32,882 bases of DNA from an uncultured Clostridia bacterium (GTDB taxonomy: Bacteria; Bacillota; Clostridia; Christensenellales; UBA1242). Within the stretch, counting starts at the first letter, position 1; each line of letters opens with the position of its first letter. This document shows, piece by piece, positions 9,818 to 17,801 of this stretch. The position numbers and the translations under genes are program-made. The stretch lies in contig CALWKL010000025.1 of assembly GCA_944381255.1 (NCBI GenBank), forward strand, positions 1 to 32,882, in the 5' to 3' direction. A model generated the notes under the pieces. It was given only the letters and a program-made list of their open reading frames with translations. It made no database searches and had not been told where the DNA came from.

Positions 9818-10273
9818 ATGCAAAAATACTTTATTGCTTATGGTACCAATATAAAAGCTGATGAATTAGCCAAGAGTTTCCCTGAAGCAAAAATTATTAG
9901 TTATGGTTATGTAAAAAACTATACGCTAGAATTTGTAGGCTACAATGGACACGCCATAGCAGTTGCTGTAAAAAAGCGAGGCGAAAGACTGCCTGTAGCT
10001 ATTTGGGACTTTCCCAAAGAAATGCGCTACACTTTATCTAACTTCGAACCCTTCCCTTATCTATATGAGCGCAAATCAGTTACAGCACATGTAGGTAAGA
10101 TTCGTATGCGTGGCGAGATTTATGTAACAAGGCAACAACTAAACTATGGTAAGCCTAGTCCTGAATATCTCCAAACTCTACGTGAAGCATATAGCGAGGC
10201 TGGATTTGACCCTCGCCTAATAGATATTGCGTTATCTAGGCAACCTGATAGCGACCAAACGCCAGTAAAATAA
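9818..10273 (+). CDS. gamma-glutamylcyclotransferase (AIG2/GGCT-like) family protein
   Basis: YFIAYGTN N-terminus typical of the YGS/TN motif, about 150 aa. RBS AAGGAGG. Confidence 0.65.
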   Translation: MQKYFIAYGTNIKADELAKSFPEAKIISYGYVKNYTLEFVGYNGHAIAVAVKKRGERLPVAIWDFPKEMRYTLSNFEPFPYLYERKSVTAHVGKIRMRGEIYVTRQQLNYGKPSPEYLQTLREAYSEAGFDPRLIDIALSRQPDSDQTPVK

Positions 10274-10283
10274 TGAGGTAAAT

Positions 10284-11441
10284 ATGCGTATTGAATACCC
10301 TGATTATGATAATTGTTGTGTAAATATTATCTGCTCTATTCAAAAATTTTTTGGTATCACCCCACAGCACACTACTCTACCTATAGTAGATGCAGAGTTA
10401 TCAAAGGACTACAAAAATATTGTAGTCTTACTTCTTGATGGCTTGGGACAAAAAATTTTGCAAGATACCTTACCACCTACTGCTTTTTTGCGGAAAAATT
10501 TTGTACAAGAGTTAAGTGCCGTATATCCTAGTAGCACAGTACCTGCAACAGTAAGTATAAAGACTGGTCTTACCCCAGCAGAGCATGCTTGGTGGGGACA
10601 CTTCTTGTATTTTAAAAATTTAGGTCAGACTATAAATGTATATACAAATAATGATGCATTTAGTCGAAAACAAGTTACCAAACCTGATGCTGCACATTAT
10701 GATATTCCCTACCTTAATTTTTTAGATCAGATAGCAGAGAAAAATCCAGAAGTACACGCTTATACCGTTTGTCCAGCAAAAGCTCGAGATAATTTTGGAG
10801 TATCACAAGTAATCTGCAATGATTACTCTGAGATATGTGAATATGTGCATTCCTTGTGTGAATTGGACGGCAAACGCGTAATATATGCTTATTATGACCA
10901 GCCAGATATTGAGATGCATCATTATGGATACAATCACGCACAAGCGAATAAATTAATTAATGACTTAAACTACCAGACAGAATATTTATGCCAAAACACG
11001 CCAGACACACTATTCTTAATTACTGCCGACCATGGTCAGACTCTATTAAAAGAAGTTCGGGATATTACTCTCTACCCAGATTTTTGTGATACCTTATATA
11101 TGATGCCTACAGGTTGCTCCCGTGCAATGAGTTTCGTTGTAAAATCTGACAGACACAAAGAATTTGAAAAACTTTTTAAAAAATATTTCTCTGATAAATT
11201 TATATTATTTAGCAAAAATGATATAAAGAAAAACAACCTTCTAGGTACTGGCAAGTGGCATACCGAACTAGATAATCTCTTAGGCGACTACCTAATTTGC
11301 GCCACAAGCGACTGCTCTCTTCAATATTCCACTATCTATGGCTCACCTGCAAAAGAGCCAATAGGCATACATGGTGGATTAACCAGTGAAGAGATGCGTG
11401 TGCCTCTCATAATGTTCGGCGGAAAAAACAGTTCACGATAA
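10284..11441 (+). CDS. alkaline phosphatase superfamily protein (type I phosphodiesterase/nucleotide pyrophosphatase-like)
   Basis: VVLLLDGLG metal-site Asp strand, YPSSTVPATVSIKTGLTPAEH (nucleophile Thr region) and ITADHGQ. It starts 10 bp after the GGCT-like gene. Confidence 0.75.
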   Translation: MRIEYPDYDNCCVNIICSIQKFFGITPQHTTLPIVDAELSKDYKNIVVLLLDGLGQKILQDTLPPTAFLRKNFVQELSAVYPSSTVPATVSIKTGLTPAEHAWWGHFLYFKNLGQTINVYTNNDAFSRKQVTKPDAAHYDIPYLNFLDQIAEKNPEVHAYTVCPAKARDNFGVSQVICNDYSEICEYVHSLCELDGKRVIYAYYDQPDIEMHHYGYNHAQANKLINDLNYQTEYLCQNTPDTLFLITADHGQTLLKEVRDITLYPDFCDTLYMMPTGCSRAMSFVVKSDRHKEFEKLFKKYFSDKFILFSKNDIKKNNLLGTGKWHTELDNLLGDYLICATSDCSLQYSTIYGSPAKEPIGIHGGLTSEEMRVPLIMFGGKNSSR

Positions 11442-11500
11442 AAAAGATTAAAGTCTTAATAACAAAAGTCAATATAAACTACTTATTTTATCAACTAATA

Positions 11501-11540
11501 AAAAGGAATTTAATTTAGTTTATAAAATTCCTTTTTTATT
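11501..11540 (+). terminator. intrinsic terminator
   Basis: AAAAGGAATTT ... AAATTCCTTTT 11-bp stem followed by a T-run. Confidence 0.65.
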
Positions 11541-11699
11541 TTTATTAAGCAAATGTTTAACCCACTTTATAGAGCACTTTGTAACTAAAAAATCCCTTAG
11601 TGTTAGTCAGTATGGTTCTTAAAAAAGACGCCCCAAGAAATACATCTATTTGGTATGTATATTTTAACTTTTGTCTGTTTTAAAGGAAAGTTAGCAATA

Positions 11700-11728
11700 T
11701 TGACTTTGCTTTATTTTTAGTGTAATAT
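11700..11728 (+). promoter_or_regulatory. sigma-A-type promoter for the HExxH gene
   Basis: TTGACT, 17-nt spacer, TAATAT, about 28 bp upstream of the ATG at 11757. Confidence 0.45.
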
Positions 11729-11756
11729 ATTATAAAAATAACTTTGAGGTGTAAAT

Positions 11757-12419
11757 ATGAAATATGAAAATGATATTTTTTCAATTGAATATGACAGACA
11801 CGATGAAGAATTTATAAAACTATTAATTGAAAGTTTAGAGCAGAAAAGCAAACCAATAATGAATTTTTTTGAAATTGATAAGTTATCTAAAAAATTTCAA
11901 GTAATAATTTACCACAATTTACAAGATTTTATAAATTTAATTACAGAAAATGGAGAAAAACCACAACAATACGCACCATGGATTGTCGCAAGTGCAAAAG
12001 ATGGTAACATAAATATTTTAAGCTTAGATTTGTATAAAAAAGCAGAAGGGCACGAAAATTGCGATATGAGACACTACTTAAAGACTCTAGTACACGAATT
12101 TGTACATGTCTGCCATCATGAAATAATATTGGATAAAAAAATTAGGCCACCATTATTGATGGAGGGTATAGCCACTCAGCTTGCAGGACAACCTTATAAA
12201 GTAAGCCATATTGATTGCAAGGCTGAGGACTTAATAAGAAACTTTTATGATACTGCAAATTGTTATGAATATTCGAATTCAATAATGGGCTATCTATTAA
12301 ATACAAAAAGTCATGATGAAGTTTTAGATATACTGCGTGAACCACACAAAGTAGATGTTGCAGAACTTATAGAGCAAACAAATAATTTTTTAGACAAAGA
12401 AAACGCAATGCAACAGTAA
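11757..12419 (+). CDS. peptidase-MA-like metalloprotease-domain protein (HExxH...EG)
   Basis: LVHEFVHVCHHE contains HEFVH, followed 19 residues later by LLMEGIATQL. This resembles the Peptidase_MA_2 pattern HExxH...W/L-x-EG-x-A. RBS GAGGTG. I see no signal peptide or TM segment. Confidence 0.65.
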   Translation: MKYENDIFSIEYDRHDEEFIKLLIESLEQKSKPIMNFFEIDKLSKKFQVIIYHNLQDFINLITENGEKPQQYAPWIVASAKDGNINILSLDLYKKAEGHENCDMRHYLKTLVHEFVHVCHHEIILDKKIRPPLLMEGIATQLAGQPYKVSHIDCKAEDLIRNFYDTANCYEYSNSIMGYLLNTKSHDEVLDILREPHKVDVAELIEQTNNFLDKENAMQQ

Positions 12420-12452
12420 AACTTTAAGTTTTGACTGTTATTTTACTAATAT

Positions 12453-12487
12453 AAAAAGGAACTTAACTTCTGTAAGTTCCTTTTTTT
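12453..12487. terminator. bidirectional intrinsic terminator between convergent genes
   Basis: AAAAAGGAACTTA-loop-TAAGTTCCTTTTTTT. The GGAACTTA/TAAGTTCC stem is perfect (8 bp), flanked by A- and T-runs. Confidence 0.7.
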
Positions 12488-12537
12488 ATTGTTAATCACA
12501 AAATTATATTAAGCATAATTATAATATTTAGATTATT

Positions 12538-13038
12538 TTAACTATCTTTCTCTTGATAATGCCCTATATCTTGCTCACTAATTTTTAACAAATCACTAGC
12601 AAGCGAGGTAACTTCTTGAGATTTATAAGGAATTCCCAAATACTCGTAAATTTTTTCACGGCTTGCTTCCTGTTTTCTCCTATCTTCCTCTATACGCTCT
12701 TTTTCTTTTAATTTTTCATTTATATGCTCTTGATACGCTTGAGTATATTCTGCACCAAATTGCCCTGACAAAAACTGACAGTACAAATCATGGCATTGAT
12801 TCAATTGCTGTATACCCGGAATTTCTTTTGCACCACCGTACACATAGAAGCAACCAAAATCAAAAAACATATAACCTTGCTTGCAAGTATTATTACTCTC
12901 ACATTGAAATGTTTGCTCAACAAACCAGCCATTATTTATTTTCTCTAGTGAAAAATAAATAGGCCTCTCCATTAAATGAGCATAACTGCTCTCAAAAAAT
13001 TTAGCTAACTCTTCTTCTTCTACTTTCTCTATAAACAT
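12538..13038 (-). CDS. hypothetical protein (166 aa) with a charged coiled-coil-like C-terminal segment
   Basis: ORF with a GGAG RBS (rc: TATGGAGAAATTATG), its own promoter and a shared terminator. I recognise no motif. Confidence 0.6.
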   Translation of the reverse strand: MFIEKVEEEELAKFFESSYAHLMERPIYFSLEKINNGWFVEQTFQCESNNTCKQGYMFFDFGCFYVYGGAKEIPGIQQLNQCHDLYCQFLSGQFGAEYTQAYQEHINEKLKEKERIEEDRRKQEASREKIYEYLGIPYKSQEVTSLASDLLKISEQDIGHYQEKDS

Positions 13039-13074
13039 AATTTCTCCATAAACTAGTAAAATATTTACACAAGA

Positions 13075-13103
13075 CTTATATCATAGTACCTTTATTTTGT
13101 CAA
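13075..13103 (-). promoter_or_regulatory. sigma-A-type extended -10 promoter for the 166-aa gene
   Basis: Minus strand reads TTGACA, 17 nt, (TGa)TATAAG. Confidence 0.5.
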
Positions 13104-13130
13104 GGAATAAATTTTAATAAAATTAATTTT

Positions 13131-13173
13131 TAGCAAAAAAATAAAACTCGCATTTAAAATTTCTGCAAGTTTT
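13131..13173 (-). terminator. intrinsic terminator downstream of metG
   Basis: AAAACTCGCA/TGCAAGTTTT stem. Its single mismatch becomes a G-U pair on the minus strand, where TTTTATTTTTTT follows. Confidence 0.55.
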
Positions 13174-13179
13174 ATTTAA

Positions 13180-14796
13180 CTACATTACATCTTTGTCAGT
13201 TAATCTTGTAAACAGTGCCTCAAATTTACCAAAATTCTTCCCTGTCTCCGCCTCAATGTAATTCCAAGTTGGCTTATTATTTAGTTTTAAATATTCTCTA
13301 ATTTTTTCTGCACTAAACGGCATAAATGGCTCAAATAAATTTGATAGATTGGCTATGATTTGTACACAAGTGTATATACAGTTATTGAATGCGGTCTTAT
13401 CCTCATTCTTATACAATACCCAAGGTTGCATAGTATCATAATATTTGTTAGCATCTTCTACAAGTTGCATGACATTACTCAATGCATCTCTAAAATTACA
13501 TGACAAAATATTCTTTTCTACACATTGATAGGTAGTCTCTATTTTCTTGCGTATATCATTATCCATTTCCCCAGCTGGCAAGAACCCGTCTAATCCTTTG
13601 TAATTTAAAGTACGATTTACGAAATTACCAAACTTATTTACTATTTCACCATTGTGCTGAGCGTGGTATTCTTCAAAAGTAAAATTTGAATCTCTTTTCT
13701 CTGGTCCATTAGCAATGCAGAAAAATCTCAAACTATCAGGATTGAATTTATCCAGCATATCTAGCATTGGCCAGCCATTGCCTTTACTTTTACTGATTTT
13801 TTCGCCATTGATATTGAGGAACTCCGAACTTACACAATGCTCAGGCATCAGGTATGGGTCTTTAGTCGCCATAAGTAATGCAGGGAAAATTATAGAGTGG
13901 AATACAATATTATCTTTTCCATGACACATATAAATTAGATTTTCTTGATTATCTTTTTTAAACCAATAATCTCTCCAATCTAGTCCATGCTGTTCACAGT
14001 ATGCCATAGTCGCAGTAACATACCCCCACACAGCCTCAATCCACACATAAATACGCTTATCCTCGAAGCCTTCAAAAGGTACTGGCACTCCCCAATTTAA
14101 ATCTCTGGTAACTGCTCTATCCTGTAGTCCTTCATCGAGAAATTTTGCAGTTTCATTGACAGTATTTTTGCGCCAATATTTAGCACATTTTTCAAAATGT
14201 TCTTTCAAAGGTTTGCTAAACTTCGACAAAGCAAAGTACAAGTTAGTATTGTCTCTAATTTCTGTCTGACTACCACAAATACGACATTTACCACGCAGTA
14301 AGTCTTGAGCCTGAAAAACATAATCACAGTTGCCACACTGGTCGCCTTTGCTGACTGCGCCACATTTTGGACATACCACTTCTACTTCACGGTCATATAC
14401 AAACTTACCGCACTTTGGACAAAAACTTGCAGGCTCTGTCTTAGAATAAATATATCCATTGGCATAAAGTTTTTTTATCATATCTTGCACTTTTTCTGCA
14501 TGATAGCTAGTAGCCGTCATTGTGTAATAATCATAACTCATACCAAGTCTACGGAATACCTCTACATACTGCTCGTGATATCTCTCTACAATTTCCCTAG
14601 GAGTTTTACCCTCACGAATAGCACGCTCTGTAGTAGGTGTACCATGGCAGTCGGTACCACTTACCATAAGGACATTATCACCCTTAGCACGATGAAATCG
14701 AGCCAACACATCACCAGGCATATATGCAATGATATGCCCTAGATGAATATCACTATTAGCATAAGTCCACGCAATACCTATCAAAACATTCTTCAT
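13180..14796 (-). CDS. metG: methionine--tRNA ligase
   Basis: HIGH-type SDIHLGHI, KMSKS-type KISKSKGN, and four CxxC zinc knuckles (CPKCG, CPKCG, CGNC, CRICG). Start chosen at MKNVLIG, with AGAGGTGA 4 nt upstream. The track start at 14823 lacks an RBS. Confidence 0.93.
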   Translation of the reverse strand: MKNVLIGIAWTYANSDIHLGHIIAYMPGDVLARFHRAKGDNVLMVSGTDCHGTPTTERAIREGKTPREIVERYHEQYVEVFRRLGMSYDYYTMTATSYHAEKVQDMIKKLYANGYIYSKTEPASFCPKCGKFVYDREVEVVCPKCGAVSKGDQCGNCDYVFQAQDLLRGKCRICGSQTEIRDNTNLYFALSKFSKPLKEHFEKCAKYWRKNTVNETAKFLDEGLQDRAVTRDLNWGVPVPFEGFEDKRIYVWIEAVWGYVTATMAYCEQHGLDWRDYWFKKDNQENLIYMCHGKDNIVFHSIIFPALLMATKDPYLMPEHCVSSEFLNINGEKISKSKGNGWPMLDMLDKFNPDSLRFFCIANGPEKRDSNFTFEEYHAQHNGEIVNKFGNFVNRTLNYKGLDGFLPAGEMDNDIRKKIETTYQCVEKNILSCNFRDALSNVMQLVEDANKYYDTMQPWVLYKNEDKTAFNNCIYTCVQIIANLSNLFEPFMPFSAEKIREYLKLNNKPTWNYIEAETGKNFGKFEALFTRLTDKDVM

Positions 14797-14869
14797 AAAA
14801 TCACCTCTAAATGAATATACCATATTCCCATAATTTTTGCAATGTTTTGATTTAATTTTATATTATAAG

Positions 14870-16648
14870 TTAGACATTTTGATACAAAGTTTCAAAAAGT
14901 CGAAACCACATTTTGCTGGCTGATTTTATTCGCTTATCTTTGTAATTATTTAGCAAAAATTGACTAAATAGGCTGGCTAAATGCTTCCTAAAATCACTAG
15001 GTATACTCTTAATTTTACTTAATGACTCTACCTGCTCTAAAAATGGAATATTACTATTAAAGGCAATATTTTTACCAAAAACCTTTATTAAATAATCTCT
15101 AGCACTATCTACCAAGAGTTCAGTAGGCACTAAATCTTCCATACTACTAGCACGGAATAAATCTTTTAGCACAATAATTTTATCCTTGTTTTTGCCATAA
15201 TTTGCCTTTAGGTTATCTGCTACTTTATAAGTCTCTAGGCTCTCCTCTACCAGCACTAATGGCAAGACATTTTGTCTTTGAAGTACTTGTGCTGTACTCA
15301 GAGTAGCATCTGGACTTGATAATATTGATAAAATTGGTTTTTTGAGCATATCACCGAAAGTTTGTCCACTCTCAATCAGGTAATTTTTGAACGAATTGAG
15401 ATAAATCTCCACAGCGTCATTCATCACTATGATAGGAGTGCTCTCACGCAAAACCGATGCGCTAACCTGCATATTTATAGCTGTACTTACTGGCACAATA
15501 GCGGCTTCGCTTGAGCGAGTCTTCTCTCTAAATGACATATCACTACTTACCAAACTATGCCCCAAGTTGTCTTTGTACACTACCCTTGTTCTATTTAGGT
15601 GGTCGACAGGCAACATAAAACTACTATGTGTAGAATAAATTATTTGGTTTGTCTTTGCCAATTCATCAAAGAAGTGTACCAAATCTTGCTGTGCTAATCC
15701 GTGCAAAGTAGCACCACTTTCGTCCAAAAGCATAACGGTATTTGAAAAAAACAGTTGGCTCTCAAGAGAAAATACCAAGAAGAAGGACAAAAACCACTGT
15801 ATACCTACACTTCTATCATCTAAAGGAGCACGTATGCCATTCTTGTCTGTTACAAAAATAGTAAGATTACCTGCATCAAATGCAAATTCAAAGCGATATT
15901 CACCTTGATGCCACCACTGATTGAACTCCTTGGTTAATTTTTCACTAGCGACAGAAAAAAGCTTTTGATAACGCGCATTAGTTTCAGTCAATTCTTTTAG
16001 TTTTGCTGAGGTCAACTTCATTTGATTTTGAGAAGCACCACTCAACAAATCTGCATCACAAGCCAACATTTCTGGTGTAATACCTATGTACAAAAGCAAC
16101 AATTTTATTGTGCGTTGCTTTGATTTACTAATCGTATTTATTCCACTTTTGTTAAATTTAGCTAGCATTTGCGGTAAATAAATATTGCTATCTAGATTAC
16201 CATAATTACTGTAGTACACGAATCCTGGCATAATTTTAATGACAAATTCATCAAGTTTTTCCTTGATAGCCGAATCTACATTTATAGGATATTCTACCAA
16301 ATATTTACCGCTTAAATATCTGCTAACTCGCACGTTTTCAAAAGTAACATTGCCACCAAACTTTTTCTTTATCAATTCTCTATCATATGGGCGAAGTTTA
16401 AATTCTGCAGTGATGAAAATGGGCAGGTTTTCCCCGTCCATAATCTCATCAAAGCGATCTATTGGCACATCATTTTTTAATATTTTATTGTCCCCTCTAA
16501 AAGCAGGGTTTAGCTTCCACAAGGCACGCAAAAGATTACTCTTCCCAGCCTCATTTACCCCAGCAATAGCAGTTACATTATCACAAGTAACCCAACCACT
16601 ATCTACGAATGACCTAAAATTCTGGACTCGAAATCTCGTTAATTTCAT
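14870..16648 (-). CDS. RecF/SMC-like ABC ATPase of the OLD / AAA_15-AAA_21 type, with a divergent Toprim-like C-terminal region
   Basis: MKLTRFRVQNFRSF...IAGVNEAGKSNLL (Walker A), RSVGIQWFLSF (signature-like), VMLLDESG (Walker B/D-loop) and IIYSTHS (H-loop). For the C-terminal blocks IIVMNDAVEIYL / ILSILSS / LVLVEES / SMEDLVP see findings. The ATG overlaps the upstream stop (ATGA). Confidence 0.8.
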   Translation of the reverse strand: MKLTRFRVQNFRSFVDSGWVTCDNVTAIAGVNEAGKSNLLRALWKLNPAFRGDNKILKNDVPIDRFDEIMDGENLPIFITAEFKLRPYDRELIKKKFGGNVTFENVRVSRYLSGKYLVEYPINVDSAIKEKLDEFVIKIMPGFVYYSNYGNLDSNIYLPQMLAKFNKSGINTISKSKQRTIKLLLLYIGITPEMLACDADLLSGASQNQMKLTSAKLKELTETNARYQKLFSVASEKLTKEFNQWWHQGEYRFEFAFDAGNLTIFVTDKNGIRAPLDDRSVGIQWFLSFFLVFSLESQLFFSNTVMLLDESGATLHGLAQQDLVHFFDELAKTNQIIYSTHSSFMLPVDHLNRTRVVYKDNLGHSLVSSDMSFREKTRSSEAAIVPVSTAINMQVSASVLRESTPIIVMNDAVEIYLNSFKNYLIESGQTFGDMLKKPILSILSSPDATLSTAQVLQRQNVLPLVLVEESLETYKVADNLKANYGKNKDKIIVLKDLFRASSMEDLVPTELLVDSARDYLIKVFGKNIAFNSNIPFLEQVESLSKIKSIPSDFRKHLASLFSQFLLNNYKDKRIKSASKMWFRLFETLYQNV

Positions 16649-17760
16649 TCTTTTTTCTCCGATAAATTGTTATTTTGTCTTCTCATTTTGTCAAGTAACT
16701 CTCTACGAATAGTCGAAGCACTAGACCTATCGTTTATCACATTAGTGTTTGAAAATCTGGCGCTTAATTTGGCTTGCAGAGGGGTATTTGTATCTATATT
16801 CGGTGTATAAGTAAATATATAATTATCCTTTTTGTCTTGAGCAATTTTCTTGTGAGTAATTACCTTGCGTTCCTTGGTAGGAATATCGCTCAAGTTTGAC
16901 TTCTCCACCTTTTTTACCACTGTTTTCTTTGGCGCAGAAGCCTTTTTGTTTTGTTCTGCCGTCAAAAGAATGGGCGCAATCTCACGCTCAAAGCCTAAAG
17001 GCTTGTCAATAGAATCTTGTATATTCTTGTCAAGTTTATCATCACTACTTTGAGTCGATGACTGTATAATAGTTCTGGCATCAGATACTTCATCTTCCTG
17101 TATAAAAGTGCTTATAGGAGAGTCCTCTGATTTAATTTCTACAGTATCACTCTGTTCAATACTATTAGAATTCTTGCTACGATGTGATGATTTTCGTCTT
17201 ACTTTGCGAGGCTTAGCGACTACAGGCGCATCATCTGACAGGACATCAATCCAATTATCAAGATTCATCTGCCCTTGAGCCACTTGATTGTATTTGTCTA
17301 CATAATCAGCATATGTTGGCCTTGTAGGAGATTTCCTAGATGAAACTCTTGAAGCTTTGCGCTTCTTAGGCTCTTCGGCTACGCCTACAAAACTTGGCAA
17401 AGTCAATTGATAAAAGGGATCAGAAAACACGGGACCATAGATGACTATGCTCTCTTTATTGGGTGCTTGAATTAGTGGTACATCCTTGGTATTATCTTCG
17501 TCTTCTTGGACTGCAGAAAAAGAAGCCTCGACTTCGTTACTCTTGTTTTCTTCCTTATGTGGGAAAAAGTCCAAAGCAATAAGTGTGGCAGTCATAATGA
17601 TTATGACGGCAGGTAAAATAAAGAAGCAAATCAATACCACCGTGCTTACCTCACCCATACCCAACGATATCAAACCACCACTAATAAGCAATAGCAAACA
17701 AACACTCACTATTAGGATATAAGAAATTATCCTCTGTTTTGTTACGACTTTGTTTGTCAT
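16645..17760 (-). CDS. membrane protein: two N-terminal TM helices plus a ~300-aa low-complexity, basic-patch-rich tail
   Basis: Hydrophobic segments IISYILIVSVCLLLLISGGLISLG and VVLICFFILPAVIIIMTATLIALDFF. The remainder is S/K/E/D/T-rich with KKRKASRVSSRKSPTRP and KPRKVRRKSSHRSK patches. G-rich RBS, own promoter. Confidence 0.75.
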   Translation of the reverse strand: MTNKVVTKQRIISYILIVSVCLLLLISGGLISLGMGEVSTVVLICFFILPAVIIIMTATLIALDFFPHKEENKSNEVEASFSAVQEDEDNTKDVPLIQAPNKESIVIYGPVFSDPFYQLTLPSFVGVAEEPKKRKASRVSSRKSPTRPTYADYVDKYNQVAQGQMNLDNWIDVLSDDAPVVAKPRKVRRKSSHRSKNSNSIEQSDTVEIKSEDSPISTFIQEDEVSDARTIIQSSTQSSDDKLDKNIQDSIDKPLGFEREIAPILLTAEQNKKASAPKKTVVKKVEKSNLSDIPTKERKVITHKKIAQDKKDNYIFTYTPNIDTNTPLQAKLSARFSNTNVINDRSSASTIRRELLDKMRRQNNNLSEKKE

Positions 17761-17801
17761 GGAATCGCCCCCAAACTCTAGTCTAACCCCTATTTTTAGT
17801 T

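Noticed and set aside
14814-14842. Promoter-like TTGCAA-17-TATATT just upstream of metG
   Set aside because: I did not list it as a feature because the predicted transcription start would fall within or next to the metG RBS. I kept it only as a caveat in the read-through finding. A T-box leader is also excluded, because the 73-bp gap is far too short.
14305-16712. Plus-strand ORFs 14305..14742, 15429..15638 and 16239..16712, antisense to metG and the ATPase
   Set aside because: These are shadow ORFs typical of AT-rich coding DNA. They have no RBS and low-complexity translations, and the opposite strand carries strong catalytic motifs. The same reasoning applies to the antisense ORFs inside ftsH, parC, parE, comEC/holA and the acyl-CoA synthetase gene.
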